Positions 48,158 to 58,286 of a DNA stretch of 64,000 bases are shown piece after piece. Location of the stretch: assembly GCA_964408285.1 (NCBI GenBank), contig CAYOYV010000003.1:64001-128000 (forward strand). The letters are read 5' to 3'. A program made the translations under genes and the position numbers. The notes under the pieces are model-generated. The model made no database searches and was not told the DNA's origin. It saw nothing but the letters and a program-made list of their open reading frames with translations. The stretch comes from an uncultured Nitrososphaerota archaeon. GTDB taxonomy: Archaea > Thermoproteota > EX4484-205 > JAAOZO01. The stretch's first letter is position 1, and every line of letters begins with the position of its first letter.

Positions 48158-48453
48158 CTATTTGTACCTCGTTGTCGAATCGATTCAGTAGATATAAAGG
48201 ATTGTTGCCCCAATACAGTTGATCCCTCGCCAATGAATGATCCTTTTTGATCTAGATGAAATCAGTGACTCGATCGAGGATGTGAACCGCATGTGGGGCA
48301 TCCCGAGACACAAAAGGTCCCGGGCTTACTCTGTCTTAGTTGCCCGGAGTTGTGACTACACCCACTGGCAATCATATGGCCTAGTTGCTCTCGCGGAGCC
48401 TCATTAGTGTCCTGACGGTAATATTATAAAACGGACTCATCTGGACACAATCG

Positions 48454-49083
48454 ATGGAGAAGATCAGGGGCGATCAAGGAGCATTGATCGTCAAAGCAGC
48501 TCGCAAGGCGATAGTCGATTATTTCAGAACTGGCACTGTCTCAATTGCTGATCTCCCTGATGGATTGGATTTTGAATGCGGAGTATTCGTTACCCTGAAG
48601 AAGCATTCTGCCAGGGGCGAGAAGCTCAGAGGCTGCATAGGGTATCCTGAACCAATATACCGCCTCTCCAGGGGGCTGTCCAAATCAAGCGTGTCGGCAG
48701 CGGTGTCCGATCCGAGGTTCTCACCTGTTCAAGAGACGGAGTTAGAAGGACTGATAGTCGAGGTGACCCTTCTCTCGAAGCCTGAGGAGGTGAGCCATAT
48801 CGACCGAAGTCAACTACCTTCTCTAATCGATATTGGAAAGCATGGCCTCATCATAGAGAAGGGAATTCACAAGGGTCTCCTCCTGCCACAAGTGCCGGTC
48901 GAGGAAGAGTGGGATCCGGAGGAATTTCTCTCCTATTGCTGCCTGAAGGCGGGACTCCCTCCGGACGAATGGCTCGACAGGGGAACGAGCGTCTTCGTCT
49001 TCACCGGTAGAGTGTTCAGGGAATTGGAGCCCAAGGGAGAGATCGTGGAGGAATTCCTCAAGTCCAAGACCGGCAAAAGGTAG
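48454..49083 (+). CDS. AMMECR1 family protein
   Basis: GVFVTL, LRGCIG, DPRF, GLLLPQV, CLKAGL. Confidence 0.9.
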   Translation: MEKIRGDQGALIVKAARKAIVDYFRTGTVSIADLPDGLDFECGVFVTLKKHSARGEKLRGCIGYPEPIYRLSRGLSKSSVSAAVSDPRFSPVQETELEGLIVEVTLLSKPEEVSHIDRSQLPSLIDIGKHGLIIEKGIHKGLLLPQVPVEEEWDPEEFLSYCCLKAGLPPDEWLDRGTSVFVFTGRVFRELEPKGEIVEEFLKSKTGKR

Positions 49084-49251
49084 TTTCCAATGAGGAAATG
49101 GATCTCTGTGACCGGGTTTCACCTTCCAGGTAGCATAGCCAATCCGGTGGCAGATTCAGGGCAACCGCTGTTCAGTCTCTGGTTGGAATCTCCATACGAA
49201 TCGTACGCTTCCCTTAATAGGCAATTCCGCACATTAATTGCTGGAAGTCAA

Positions 49252-49914
49252 ATGCGTGGTTTCACAAGACAAAAGGGGCTCGGTCTGCTTACCCTTGCGT
49301 TAGTGGCAGCTGTGCTAGTGGGCGCTTCGAGCTATTGCCTGCTTGGAGTTAATGCGGATTCAGATAGCGAACTGGAGATCGGGGAGAAGTTCACTGTGAG
49401 CGGCAGAGGTTTTGCGTGGACCAAGAGTGATGGGCAGATCTTGAGATCGACTTCAACGATAGAACTCGAGGCCAGAATCACTGATTTGGAAGTGGAGGAA
49501 ACCACTCTGAAGGAATGGTACAATGGGCTTCCAGAGCAAGCCAAAGAGAAGGTGATCGCGCGTCTCAAGGGGATTGCGACAAGGATTGCTGAAAAGTGGA
49601 ATCTGGATCCGGAGGAGGTCCTGCAGAAGCTTCTCGTGAGACTAGCTGAGAAGAAGATAGTAGTCTACAAGGTGAGCTTTGAAGTGAAGAACGGACACAT
49701 CACGATTGGGGAGGAACGGTTCCCCATCACCTCAGGCACTGGAACCTATGTTCGAGTAGGGCGAAGGTATTGGGCGTTCAAGATGGCATTAGAAGCCTCA
49801 GGGCAGGGAGGAAAGAAGAGCATCAACCTAGCTGGCTGCATGTCTTACGCAAAAGGCAGAATCATAGGCGAAAGCCTGCGATACGTACTAGGTTACAAGC
49901 TAACGATTGGGTAA
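49252..49914 (+). CDS. Hypothetical secreted/membrane-anchored protein
   Basis: Signal-like LGLLTLALVAAVLVGA after ATG 49252; no recognised family. Confidence 0.6.
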   Translation: MRGFTRQKGLGLLTLALVAAVLVGASSYCLLGVNADSDSELEIGEKFTVSGRGFAWTKSDGQILRSTSTIELEARITDLEVEETTLKEWYNGLPEQAKEKVIARLKGIATRIAEKWNLDPEEVLQKLLVRLAEKKIVVYKVSFEVKNGHITIGEERFPITSGTGTYVRVGRRYWAFKMALEASGQGGKKSINLAGCMSYAKGRIIGESLRYVLGYKLTIG

Positions 49915-49927
49915 GCCACATATTTTT

Positions 49928-50170
49928 TCATGGTTTTTGCCCCCTCAATCTAGATAGCACGAGCTTCGTTTCGGTCGATTGCACGCCCGGGGCCTCTCTG
50001 ATCTGCCTTATAGCCTGGGTGAGCCCTTCAGTGCTTTCAAAGGTCAGAAGGACCAGTATCTCTCTAGTTTCCAGCAGCATCACATTGTCTACCCCATTGA
50101 TCCGAACTAGTCTCTCAGCCAAGGATTCCGCATTTTTGCCGTTGGACCTGACGAGTATCAGTGCCTGCAA
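49928..50170 (-). CDS. Stand-alone Lrp/AsnC ligand-binding (RAM) domain
   Basis: ALILVR..IREAPGVQSTETKLVL. Confidence 0.7.
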   Translation of the reverse strand: MQALILVRSNGKNAESLAERLVRINGVDNVMLLETREILVLLTFESTEGLTQAIRQIREAPGVQSTETKLVLSRLRGQKP

Positions 50171-50198
50171 CCTTGGATTCCCCCTACTGCTGATCGGC

Positions 50199-50456
50199 TC
50201 ATATCTTCCACTCTTTCAGGACTTTTCTGACATCGAACGAAGACAATCTCGTATCATCGGATAGTCTCTTCCTGAACCATTCCAGTTCACTTTCGGAAAG
50301 TGCGTTGACAATCGCTACGATATCATCGTTGCCAGTAACCATGAAAACATCCGATATGCCTTCTATCTTGCTCAGGGACTCGGCGACCTCTCCGATTCCT
50401 CTTATCTCCTTCGCAAACAGTACAGCAGTAGCGACCAAATCAGAATTCACCATCAA
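50199..50456 (-). CDS. Stand-alone Lrp/AsnC ligand-binding (RAM) domain
   Basis: VAESLSKIEGISDVFMVTGNDDIVAIV. Confidence 0.75.
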   Translation of the reverse strand: MMVNSDLVATAVLFAKEIRGIGEVAESLSKIEGISDVFMVTGNDDIVAIVNALSESELEWFRKRLSDDTRLSSFDVRKVLKEWKI

Positions 50457-50593
50457 TCGACTGTGCCAATATAAAGGCTTGTCCGCCCTCTCGACTCAAT
50501 AGAACATAGTGAATTTTTCCAGCGCAAACGCTTCAGGTGCGCAAACATCACAAACTATCAACTAGTGAAGCTGACATTAGACACTGCAGATGT

Positions 50594-50610
50594 CCAACTT
50601 CACAAGTTGG
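50594..50610. repeat. Inverted repeat CCAACTT-cac-AAGTTGG
   Basis: Perfect 7-bp arms in the ssb/RAM-domain intergenic region. Confidence 0.4.
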
Positions 50611-50744
50611 TGGTATTATGTCGTGCCGCATTGCATCCCAGCCAGTGAGAATCGTTAAGATGCGAGGTGGCAGCCTTTTTCCACTGGGCGTTATGAGATC
50701 GAAATAGCCATTATTGACCTGCTGACCCAGTTCGCGGGTTGTGT

Positions 50745-51152
50745 CTAGTATCTTCTGCCGCGGAAGCGTCCTCTAGGCCTGTAAGCTGCTTCTCCGAAGT
50801 TCTTCTCTGACATGTTGTTTGTCTGACTCACTTCTCCTAGATCAGTCTCAGATTTCGCTATGGACCCATATCTGCCAACATTCAGCCTCATGCTGCCTTT
50901 GAAGAATGAAACATATCCGTTCTTTACCTGAAGCGTAGCACCGGGACTTGCCAGATCAATATTCTCATTCCAGAAGGTCATAAGCACCGTTCCGGTTTCG
51001 TCTCCAACTAGAGCTTCGGCAACTCTATTTGTTTTTCCACTGAACCTGTCCGTGACTTCTCTGCTTTCAGATAGGCTCACGACCTTAACAGTTATGTCGA
51101 CATTTCTTGCGTCAGGACCTAGTTCCGCAACCTTGAATCGCTTCGTTTCCAA
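50745..51152 (-). CDS. ssb: Single OB-fold single-stranded DNA-binding protein (crenarchaeal type)
   Basis: VAEALVGDETG..MTFW, NGYV..F.G.MRLNVGRYG, Arg/Gly-rich tail. Confidence 0.88.
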   Translation of the reverse strand: METKRFKVAELGPDARNVDITVKVVSLSESREVTDRFSGKTNRVAEALVGDETGTVLMTFWNENIDLASPGATLQVKNGYVSFFKGSMRLNVGRYGSIAKSETDLGEVSQTNNMSEKNFGEAAYRPRGRFRGRRY

Positions 51153-51212
51153 TATCCCTTTACCTCGTTCTGCCCTGAAATCTCCGGTTTATAATCCTAT
51201 TGTCCCATCCAC

Positions 51213-52325
51213 TCAGAGAGTGATGTTGAATCTTTCCTTGATTTTTCTGCTGAGGTAATCGGAATATACATGCTGCAGCTCTTTCGCATGCTTGGTCAAG
51301 GCGTTGAACGCCTCGAGCTCGGTCTTTCCATGATTGTCCACGAACCAGCTATTCTCTTTCAGCCAATATCCACCATCGCCCTGCATATACGGCAGCGATG
51401 CATTGTCTTGCGCTGCTTTCATGTCCTCTTCGGTCATTGGCTCAAGAACGATCTTCTTGACAGGTGCAAAAAAAGCCTCCATATCCGAAGTTTCAAGCCC
51501 TATGAATCTTGCATTTGGAGCCGATAACTTCGATATATGGGCAGATTGGATGGATCCGTATATTATGTTCGCCGCGATCCTAAGGCTATATGGATTCAAG
51601 TCCGTGAAAATGGCTATCGGGACACCATAGTCGCTGAACTTCCTGAGCATCCTCCTCATCCCTCTCGATGGCTGCCCTCCCAGCATGGCAATCCCTATTT
51701 TCATATTCTCCGGAATGCCGAATTCCATTAGGTTCCTATAGATGCCTTCCTTTTCTATCGCAACGAGCGCCCTAATGTCGGCCCTTTCTACGTCTATGTA
51801 TTCAACGTTCCCCGGAATAGAATATCCATCACCACCCGTCCTGAGGCAATTGATCATCATCTTGGGCTCTCTCAGGGTAATGTCACCGTAGAGATAGCCC
51901 TTTGATTGTGCAATAACGCCAAAGCTCTCCCTGCTGAGTTCGTATATGACCTCTGATATCCGTATGATGTCATCTGATTCAGCTTGATTGGATGGTATCA
52001 AGAGAGGGTGTCTTGATTTCTGAAGATAATAGTAGTCCCTCTTTGTTGTCGAGAGCCCTATTTCAAGTCTCTCTATCGCAATCCTAGCCAGGAATGCAAA
52101 GGCGGCAAGTTTTTTTAGGCTTGATTTACGATCACCTCTCGCTTCGGCGAGGGAATCCTTCAATTCATATGAGTGGGCCTCAAGATCGAATTCCACATTT
52201 GCTTTGCTCAATCTCTTATATTGCACTGTAGGGACCTCGCCTGATTCCAAGTCAGACTTGATGCCCAGTCCAAGTTGTCTCAATCTTCTAGTTACCTGTT
52301 CGGTCGTAATCTTCTCCGTCATCAC
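51213..52325 (-). CDS. top6A: DNA topoisomerase VI subunit A (divergent)
   Basis: TKRDYYY catalytic Tyr region, QAESD, IEKEG, GGQP.R..RR, FTDLNPY TOPRIM. Confidence 0.85.
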   Translation of the reverse strand: MMTEKITTEQVTRRLRQLGLGIKSDLESGEVPTVQYKRLSKANVEFDLEAHSYELKDSLAEARGDRKSSLKKLAAFAFLARIAIERLEIGLSTTKRDYYYLQKSRHPLLIPSNQAESDDIIRISEVIYELSRESFGVIAQSKGYLYGDITLREPKMMINCLRTGGDGYSIPGNVEYIDVERADIRALVAIEKEGIYRNLMEFGIPENMKIGIAMLGGQPSRGMRRMLRKFSDYGVPIAIFTDLNPYSLRIAANIIYGSIQSAHISKLSAPNARFIGLETSDMEAFFAPVKKIVLEPMTEEDMKAAQDNASLPYMQGDGGYWLKENSWFVDNHGKTELEAFNALTKHAKELQHVYSDYLSRKIKERFNITL

Positions 52326-53983
52326 TAGGCATGCGCCTCCTCTCGGTCCGGAGGGAATTGGGAGAATATCCTTTCGAGAGTGCTATTGAAAGATAGATTC
52401 TCGACTCCGGTTATCTGTCTCACCTCCTCCGACAGTATCTCGTAATAACCATGGAAATACTCGTATCTCTTGGCAACCGATTCCTCTCGTCTTTTCCTAT
52501 GAAGATATTCTCTGATTCTTCTTCCCAGTTCCTGAAGGGCCAAAGTCAGCTCCTCATGAATCTCCAGAACGCTTGCCACGGCGAATTTCCCTGGGTTGCT
52601 GTAAGGCACCTTACTTGCAACCAGGGATGTAACGAAGACAATCGGCTCAGCTGCTTCACCTCCATCAGTGGTTTCCAGCCCATAGTTCTTCCAGTCTATG
52701 TCCACTACTGCCTTGTACAGTTCACAATCAGCAGAGTCATAAGGAAGAGGGACTCTATTGGCCAGTCTTATAACGGGCATTTTCTTTTGCTGTGAATAAT
52801 TCTGCACGCTGGATCCGCCGGCGGCCGCAGCCGCCTCGATCTGAAACGGAATTCCCTGATAACTCCAAGGTGGCCTTGAAACTGCCTCGATGAATTCGGC
52901 ATCTGGAAACAGATTTCTGATTGAAGCCTTGAGTTCATTCTCTCCTATGTTACTCAGAACATCCAGCCTAGGTCTTCTCAGGTTCATCCTTCTTGCTGCC
53001 TTAAGAATCCTATCGGCCTTGATGCTCCTCGGCTTTAGACTGGGCGGCAACATAGCCCTCTGAAGAATCTTGCGCGCAGTCTTGGGAGACATGACCGCGA
53101 AGTGCTTTGCTAGGAAGCTCGCAATCGTCCTGCAATCATCATCCATTTCGGCCATTCGTTGAAGAATCCCTGGATCGACTGATGTGAGGTGAGGCTTGAT
53201 TTCATGTGCCTCTCTGGGAATTATCTGGCTTGTCCTCGCCACTACGATCTCTGAATTGGTGTCTGCAATCTTCTTCATAACAAGTATCCTAGCGTTGGGA
53301 TTGCCGATTGAGAGCTCCTTGATGTATCTCTCCAACTTCTCGTCGTAACGACCAGGCAGAAAGACCTCCACTGAAGTTCCATGTTCCACATCCCACTGAA
53401 TGTCTGACTCCTCAACAATGATCGGCTCGTTTCTCTCCACATCTATCTTGAGAGCTACGCGCCTTGCCTTCTCTGAGCCCGCGACCTTGCTGATGACGGT
53501 GGCAGGCCTCAGACTCGAGAGCTGTGAATAGAGTATGACTGCTGATATGCCAATCCCTTGCTGTCCCCTTGTCTGTTTCATGGTGAATAGCTTCGAACCG
53601 AAGAGCAATTTGCCGAGAGAACGCGCAACTTTTTCAGGCATTATCCCGATGCCGTTATCCTGGACTCTCACTCTGAACAGGTCAGCCTTCCTTATCTTGC
53701 CTGCTTGGGAGGGCAGTGTGATTTCCTCCCCCATGTCCTCTATCTCTATGGTCAGTTCAGGAAGGATCTTGCCTAGTTCAGTAGCATCCAGGGAATTGTC
53801 CAGCATTTCTTTGATCGTCTGAAGCATTGCGTGCTCGGGGTCGCTGAAACCCAGCTGATGCAGATTCCTTTCGAAATACTGCGCTGGGTTGGCTTCCCTC
53901 ATCCTTGCAGCCTCGGCCTCAGCAACCATTCTGAGGCTGAGATCATTCCCCTGTATGCTCACAGAGACTCTTTCTTCTGACAA
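52325..53983 (-). CDS. top6B: DNA topoisomerase VI subunit B
   Basis: KEMLDNSLDA, DNGIGI, QTRGQQGIGIS (GHKL), RLANRVPL, KVPY..GK transducer. Confidence 0.9.
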   Translation of the reverse strand: MSEERVSVSIQGNDLSLRMVAEAEAARMREANPAQYFERNLHQLGFSDPEHAMLQTIKEMLDNSLDATELGKILPELTIEIEDMGEEITLPSQAGKIRKADLFRVRVQDNGIGIMPEKVARSLGKLLFGSKLFTMKQTRGQQGIGISAVILYSQLSSLRPATVISKVAGSEKARRVALKIDVERNEPIIVEESDIQWDVEHGTSVEVFLPGRYDEKLERYIKELSIGNPNARILVMKKIADTNSEIVVARTSQIIPREAHEIKPHLTSVDPGILQRMAEMDDDCRTIASFLAKHFAVMSPKTARKILQRAMLPPSLKPRSIKADRILKAARRMNLRRPRLDVLSNIGENELKASIRNLFPDAEFIEAVSRPPWSYQGIPFQIEAAAAAGGSSVQNYSQQKKMPVIRLANRVPLPYDSADCELYKAVVDIDWKNYGLETTDGGEAAEPIVFVTSLVASKVPYSNPGKFAVASVLEIHEELTLALQELGRRIREYLHRKRREESVAKRYEYFHGYYEILSEEVRQITGVENLSFNSTLERIFSQFPPDREEAHA

Positions 53984-54484
53984 CTAATTAAGCATTGCCG
54001 CCAATTGCCGGACAGATTAGCGAGAATCAAGTCCCATGATGGCGGATCGACTGCCGGCTGGATCCCATTCAAGCATTCTTCCGATTTCAGCAGTGTGCAG
54101 AGGCCATGGAAAGTGACAGGCAGCTTCAAAAGGAGAGTGAAAAATGTTGGGCTGTTCACGAGCCGATCGGACCTCATCTTCCGCAGCTATCTCGCGAAGC
54201 GTGGATACGCCTGCAGCGATCCAGACATTGTTCTACCTAGCCGTCTGTGGAATCCGTGGGATCTCGTCGCGCGCGTGAGGCCAGCCTCCGCTGGCTCCAA
54301 AGATTAATGTATGGCTCATTTCTCGGTGTTCGGAGTCAACTATTGAAGCTTGTGATCTCAGGATTTCGCAGAAAAACCCTTCCTGAGTACGCTTCCACTG
54401 GAATTGAGGGTTACTCAAGCGATCTTCAATTGCTTCCATTGGAGCCTCACGCATCATCCATATCTCTCAGAACGGTGAACTAAT

Positions 54485-55234
54485 ATGAGAAAGCTCAGGG
54501 AGAAAGACAGGCTCGGATTGGTGGGGGCGATCATCTTTGATGCAGATGGGACGCTGTTCGATTCGAGCAATGCTTTCTACCACTTGGTAAGAGACATATT
54601 CTCAAAAAGAAAATGGCCCCTCAAGAGCAAGGAAAGCATCGTTTCCGTCCTAGGGATGACGAACAAGCAAATAGCGAATGTCTTGATCCCGAAGAAGCTG
54701 AGAAGCAACAAACAGGTCATCGCTGAATGGGAGAGGGATATGGAGAAGAGATGGCTAGAACACTATCTCCCAAGGCATGTCAAGCTCGCGGTAGGAGCAA
54801 AGCAAGTTCTGAAGGAACTTCATAGGATGGGATTCAGGATCGGTCTAGTTTCTAACGGTAGCGCGAAAGAGATTCCCTTGTACATAAGACATGCCAGCAT
54901 TGAGAGTCTCCTTGAAGTCGTAGTGACTGCGGATGATGTCAGAAGACCGAAACCATTCCCAGATCCCCTAGAGGAGGCCGCCAAGAGATTGGGCATGCCA
55001 ATCAGCAGAATATTCTATGTTGGCGACACTGTCATGGATGCAGAGTCGGCCAGAAGTGCTGGGGCGCGCCTGGGGCTAGTGTTGTCTGGCATAGGGAATA
55101 GGCAAGATCTGATCGAACAGAATCCCGACATATTGCTGGAATCGATAGGGGATCTTCCGGAATCGATTGTCCAGTTTATCCGGGCAAACCGGTGCGTGCC
55201 TCCAAAATCAAGCCTAAAGCTTTTAAAGGCATGA
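54485..55234 (+). CDS. HAD-superfamily phosphatase (Gph-like)
   Basis: FDADGTL, VSN, KPFPD, YVGDTVMD. Confidence 0.85.
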   Translation: MRKLREKDRLGLVGAIIFDADGTLFDSSNAFYHLVRDIFSKRKWPLKSKESIVSVLGMTNKQIANVLIPKKLRSNKQVIAEWERDMEKRWLEHYLPRHVKLAVGAKQVLKELHRMGFRIGLVSNGSAKEIPLYIRHASIESLLEVVVTADDVRRPKPFPDPLEEAAKRLGMPISRIFYVGDTVMDAESARSAGARLGLVLSGIGNRQDLIEQNPDILLESIGDLPESIVQFIRANRCVPPKSSLKLLKA

Positions 55235-55250
55235 ATCAACTGCCGCACTC

Positions 55251-56186
55251 ATGTCCTTCTACGAAGACCTCAGTCCAGCAGCCGTCCAGAAAGTCATTCC
55301 CTCCGTTGTAAACATAAGCACAATTCAGGTTGCCTGGGAATTCCTCTTCAGCACTGTTCCTGTGAAAGGCATCGGGTCTGGTCTCATCGTCTCATCGGAC
55401 GGTCTGATCGCTACGAACTACCACGTAATAGACAATGCAGAAAGGATCTCCGTAACCCTCTCCAATGGGGAAGCTATGAACGGTCAGCCACTCGGCGGCG
55501 TGAGGACAATGGATCTGGCGATCTTGAGAATAGCTGCCACTGGGTTGCCGGTAGCGGAGTTCGGCGACTCAGATACGCTGAGGATAGGACAGCCCGTATT
55601 GGCAATAGGCAATCCCTTGGGTCTGGCTGGGGGACCAACTGTAACATCAGGTGTGATCTCAGCACTAATGCGCAATCTGAGCTCCGGAGAAGTCCGGTTG
55701 GAAGATATGATACAGACTGACGCTCCAATCAACCCAGGGAATAGCGGCGGGCCATTGATCGATCTCAGGGGAAAAGTGATAGGAATAAACACAGCTGTAA
55801 TACCCTATGCTCAGGGCATAGGATTCTCAATGCCAATCAACTCAGTTAGGAGGGTCGTTGATGACGTCCTATCCTATGGTCGCCCGAGGTTCCCTTGGAT
55901 TGGCATCTACGGGATAGATATTACTCCTGCCTATTCAAGTCAATACAGTCTGCCGACTACTGAGGGAGTCTGGGTTACCCTCGTGATAGGCGGAGGTCCG
56001 GCTGAAACGTATGGAGTCAGACCATATGATGTCATTGTCGGAGCCGACGGAGGGCCCGTGAGGAATTTCTCTGACATAAAGAGAACACTGAGAAGGAAAT
56101 ATCCCGGGGACTCGGTCCAGTTCGAACTACTAAGATCTGGCCGCAGGTACAACGTAGGGGTTGTATTAGGTGAGGCGCCGGACTGA
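55251..56186 (+). CDS. HtrA/DegP-like serine protease with PDZ domain
   Basis: TNYHV, DLA, INPGNSGGPL, C-terminal PDZ; no signal peptide. Confidence 0.9.
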   Translation: MSFYEDLSPAAVQKVIPSVVNISTIQVAWEFLFSTVPVKGIGSGLIVSSDGLIATNYHVIDNAERISVTLSNGEAMNGQPLGGVRTMDLAILRIAATGLPVAEFGDSDTLRIGQPVLAIGNPLGLAGGPTVTSGVISALMRNLSSGEVRLEDMIQTDAPINPGNSGGPLIDLRGKVIGINTAVIPYAQGIGFSMPINSVRRVVDDVLSYGRPRFPWIGIYGIDITPAYSSQYSLPTTEGVWVTLVIGGGPAETYGVRPYDVIVGADGGPVRNFSDIKRTLRRKYPGDSVQFELLRSGRRYNVGVVLGEAPD

Positions 56187-56222
56187 GGGAAGATGTATAT
56201 ATAGGCTCAGCATCGGGCACCA

Positions 56223-56546
56223 ATGGCGAATCTCAAAATCGAAGAGTTCCAGAGACTGGACTTGAGGGTTGGGAAGGTCATATCAGCCAAACGCGTTGAG
56301 GGAACAGATAAATTGATGGCACTGGAGGTGGATATTGGAGAAAGAAGGAACCTCGTTGCCGGCATCGCCGATCGATATAGTGTTGAGGATGTCGTCGGAA
56401 GGCTTGTCGTTGTTCTGACCAATCTTGAGCCAAAGAGGATAAGAGGCATAGAATCCCGGGGGATGATTCTTGCAGCAGCTGTCGGTGAATCTGCATTCCT
56501 TTTAGCTCCAGATTCCGAGGTACCGGTCGGCAGCCGCGTCCTTTGA
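56223..56546 (+). CDS. tRNA-binding OB protein (Trbp111/CsaA/MetG C-terminal)
   Basis: LDLRVGKV, VAGI, NLEPKRIRGIESRGMILAA. Confidence 0.88.
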   Translation: MANLKIEEFQRLDLRVGKVISAKRVEGTDKLMALEVDIGERRNLVAGIADRYSVEDVVGRLVVVLTNLEPKRIRGIESRGMILAAAVGESAFLLAPDSEVPVGSRVL

Positions 56547-56607
56547 GCCCCTTATAAGTTTTTTCAAATACATATTTAACAATCTAATATTATACTGACA
56601 TAAAGAA

Positions 56608-57567
56608 ATGAGCTTGCCCCTGGGCCAGCTGACGCCTTCTCAAGTTACAGAGTTGACATCAGGGCTGATTCCATTCTCGAGAATCAGGAGGCCGGTCATT
56701 GGAGTTGACGAGGAAATGGTGGTTATGACGCATGCTCTAATGACTGAACCTCCCGAGCTCCTTGGGTTTCTCGGGGGGAATCTCCCATTGGCTTCCTTGG
56801 TTGCCACTGCCTCCCACATCCTACTCGCCTCGTACACGACCGTTTTCCCCATCGCCACCGAGAGCGTGTATGCCAGGCGTGTCTTCACTGCCTTGGGAAA
56901 GGAAATGAGGAGAGTGAGGATCACCGCTTCTGAGTTGTCTGTCTCTGTCCTACCCGGTCTATCTTCGCCTATCCTCTCCAATGGCATGATTGGGTTATTT
57001 AGGAGGCAGAGGGCCAAGCCCGTCAAGAAGGGGGACATAGTCATATTGGCAGGAAGGCCGCTGGCAGAACTCGCCCTACGCTGTTCTCACGAGAGGCCTG
57101 AGCTAATTGAATCAGTGGGAGGGAATCCCAAGTATTTGAGAAATGCCTACACCAAGATCTCGGCGGTGGAGTCGGTTGCAGCCATGTTGGAGGTCGGCAC
57201 GAAGAGGATCTCCCTTGCTGGGGACAACGGCATCGTAAAGGCATCAAAAAGGATCTCAAAGGAAATAAAGATGGGACTGATGATAGATCTCGATAGGATC
57301 GCATGGGATGAGGTGGGGCTGAAGATTGCCAGAACATTCGATGGGGATCCGGCCTCTGCTACCTCCTACGGCGCAGTGATTGGCATATTGGAGAAGAATG
57401 ATGTGGACCGGAAATTGGACGAACTCTCGAAGAGGAAGATATCTGCATATCGGATTGGCACAGTCACGGGTGGCATCGGAGTTTGGAAGTCGTCTGGCGG
57501 TCCCTTGACACAACACAAGGATGTCTACTCTCTGATAAGTCCTACCCCCTCTTTCCTACTGCCGTGA
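56608..57567 (+). CDS. Divergent PurM/HypE (AIR synthase-like) fold protein
   Basis: MSLPLGQL start, KKGDIVIL, DP...TSYGAVI, IGTVT resemble the family; catalytic motifs eroded. Confidence 0.5.
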   Translation: MSLPLGQLTPSQVTELTSGLIPFSRIRRPVIGVDEEMVVMTHALMTEPPELLGFLGGNLPLASLVATASHILLASYTTVFPIATESVYARRVFTALGKEMRRVRITASELSVSVLPGLSSPILSNGMIGLFRRQRAKPVKKGDIVILAGRPLAELALRCSHERPELIESVGGNPKYLRNAYTKISAVESVAAMLEVGTKRISLAGDNGIVKASKRISKEIKMGLMIDLDRIAWDEVGLKIARTFDGDPASATSYGAVIGILEKNDVDRKLDELSKRKISAYRIGTVTGGIGVWKSSGGPLTQHKDVYSLISPTPSFLLP

Positions 57568-57707
57568 CAACAACGCGGCGTCCCTAGCGATGACGTAGCA
57601 CATTCGCTCCTTTCACGTGAGTGCGAACCCGATGCTTCGAAGTTCATCTCGCCGAAGATGACGGGATTCAGGAATCTAGGATCCCATAGGTTCAGGGCTC
57701 ATGGATC

Positions 57708-58286
57708 TCATCTTCCTCTAGAGCTTGCTCTCAAGTTCTTGAGCATCGTGTCGATTGTCCAACCGATACCGTTCACGATCTCTTTCAACCGCGTCCTGTC
57801 TCTGAAGTTCCTTATGACAATCTTTTTCAAGAAAGGCCCCTCCACCTGTATGTCGTAGGATAGAATCTGATCAGGTCTGAGAATCCCTCTTGCTACCGAT
57901 TGAGTATCCGATTGCCTCATTCCCTCCAAAACCTTGTTAATGAAGAACGCATCGAATGGGCGAGTTGATGTGGACAATTCCAGTGTCATGTCTGGCTCTA
58001 TTGTCACGCTTTCTCCAGTCACTGACACTTTTCCATAGTTGCTGCCCTTATAGATGATATTCAGGGCTTCCTTTTCGAGAGGTGGCCTCGCTTGGGCCTG
58101 GAGTTCCTCGGCAGGCATCTTGGATTCTGCGATTTCGCTCGCTTTCCTGAAGCTAACCGAGGCCAATTTCTCGTCCACAAGTGATGATGCCTGCCGCAGC
58201 AGGCTAGCGTCCTCTTGAAGCTCCGCTATCTTGTCTTCAAGTCTTTTCTTCAGGTCAGCTAGTGCCTTTTTTTCCTCTTCGCTCAT
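57708..58286 (-). CDS. Hypothetical protein with N-terminal coiled coil
   Basis: LKKRLEDKIAELQE coiled coil; RLKEIVNGIGWTIDTM C-terminus. Confidence 0.65.
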   Translation of the reverse strand: MSEEEKKALADLKKRLEDKIAELQEDASLLRQASSLVDEKLASVSFRKASEIAESKMPAEELQAQARPPLEKEALNIIYKGSNYGKVSVTGESVTIEPDMTLELSTSTRPFDAFFINKVLEGMRQSDTQSVARGILRPDQILSYDIQVEGPFLKKIVIRNFRDRTRLKEIVNGIGWTIDTMLKNLRASSRGR

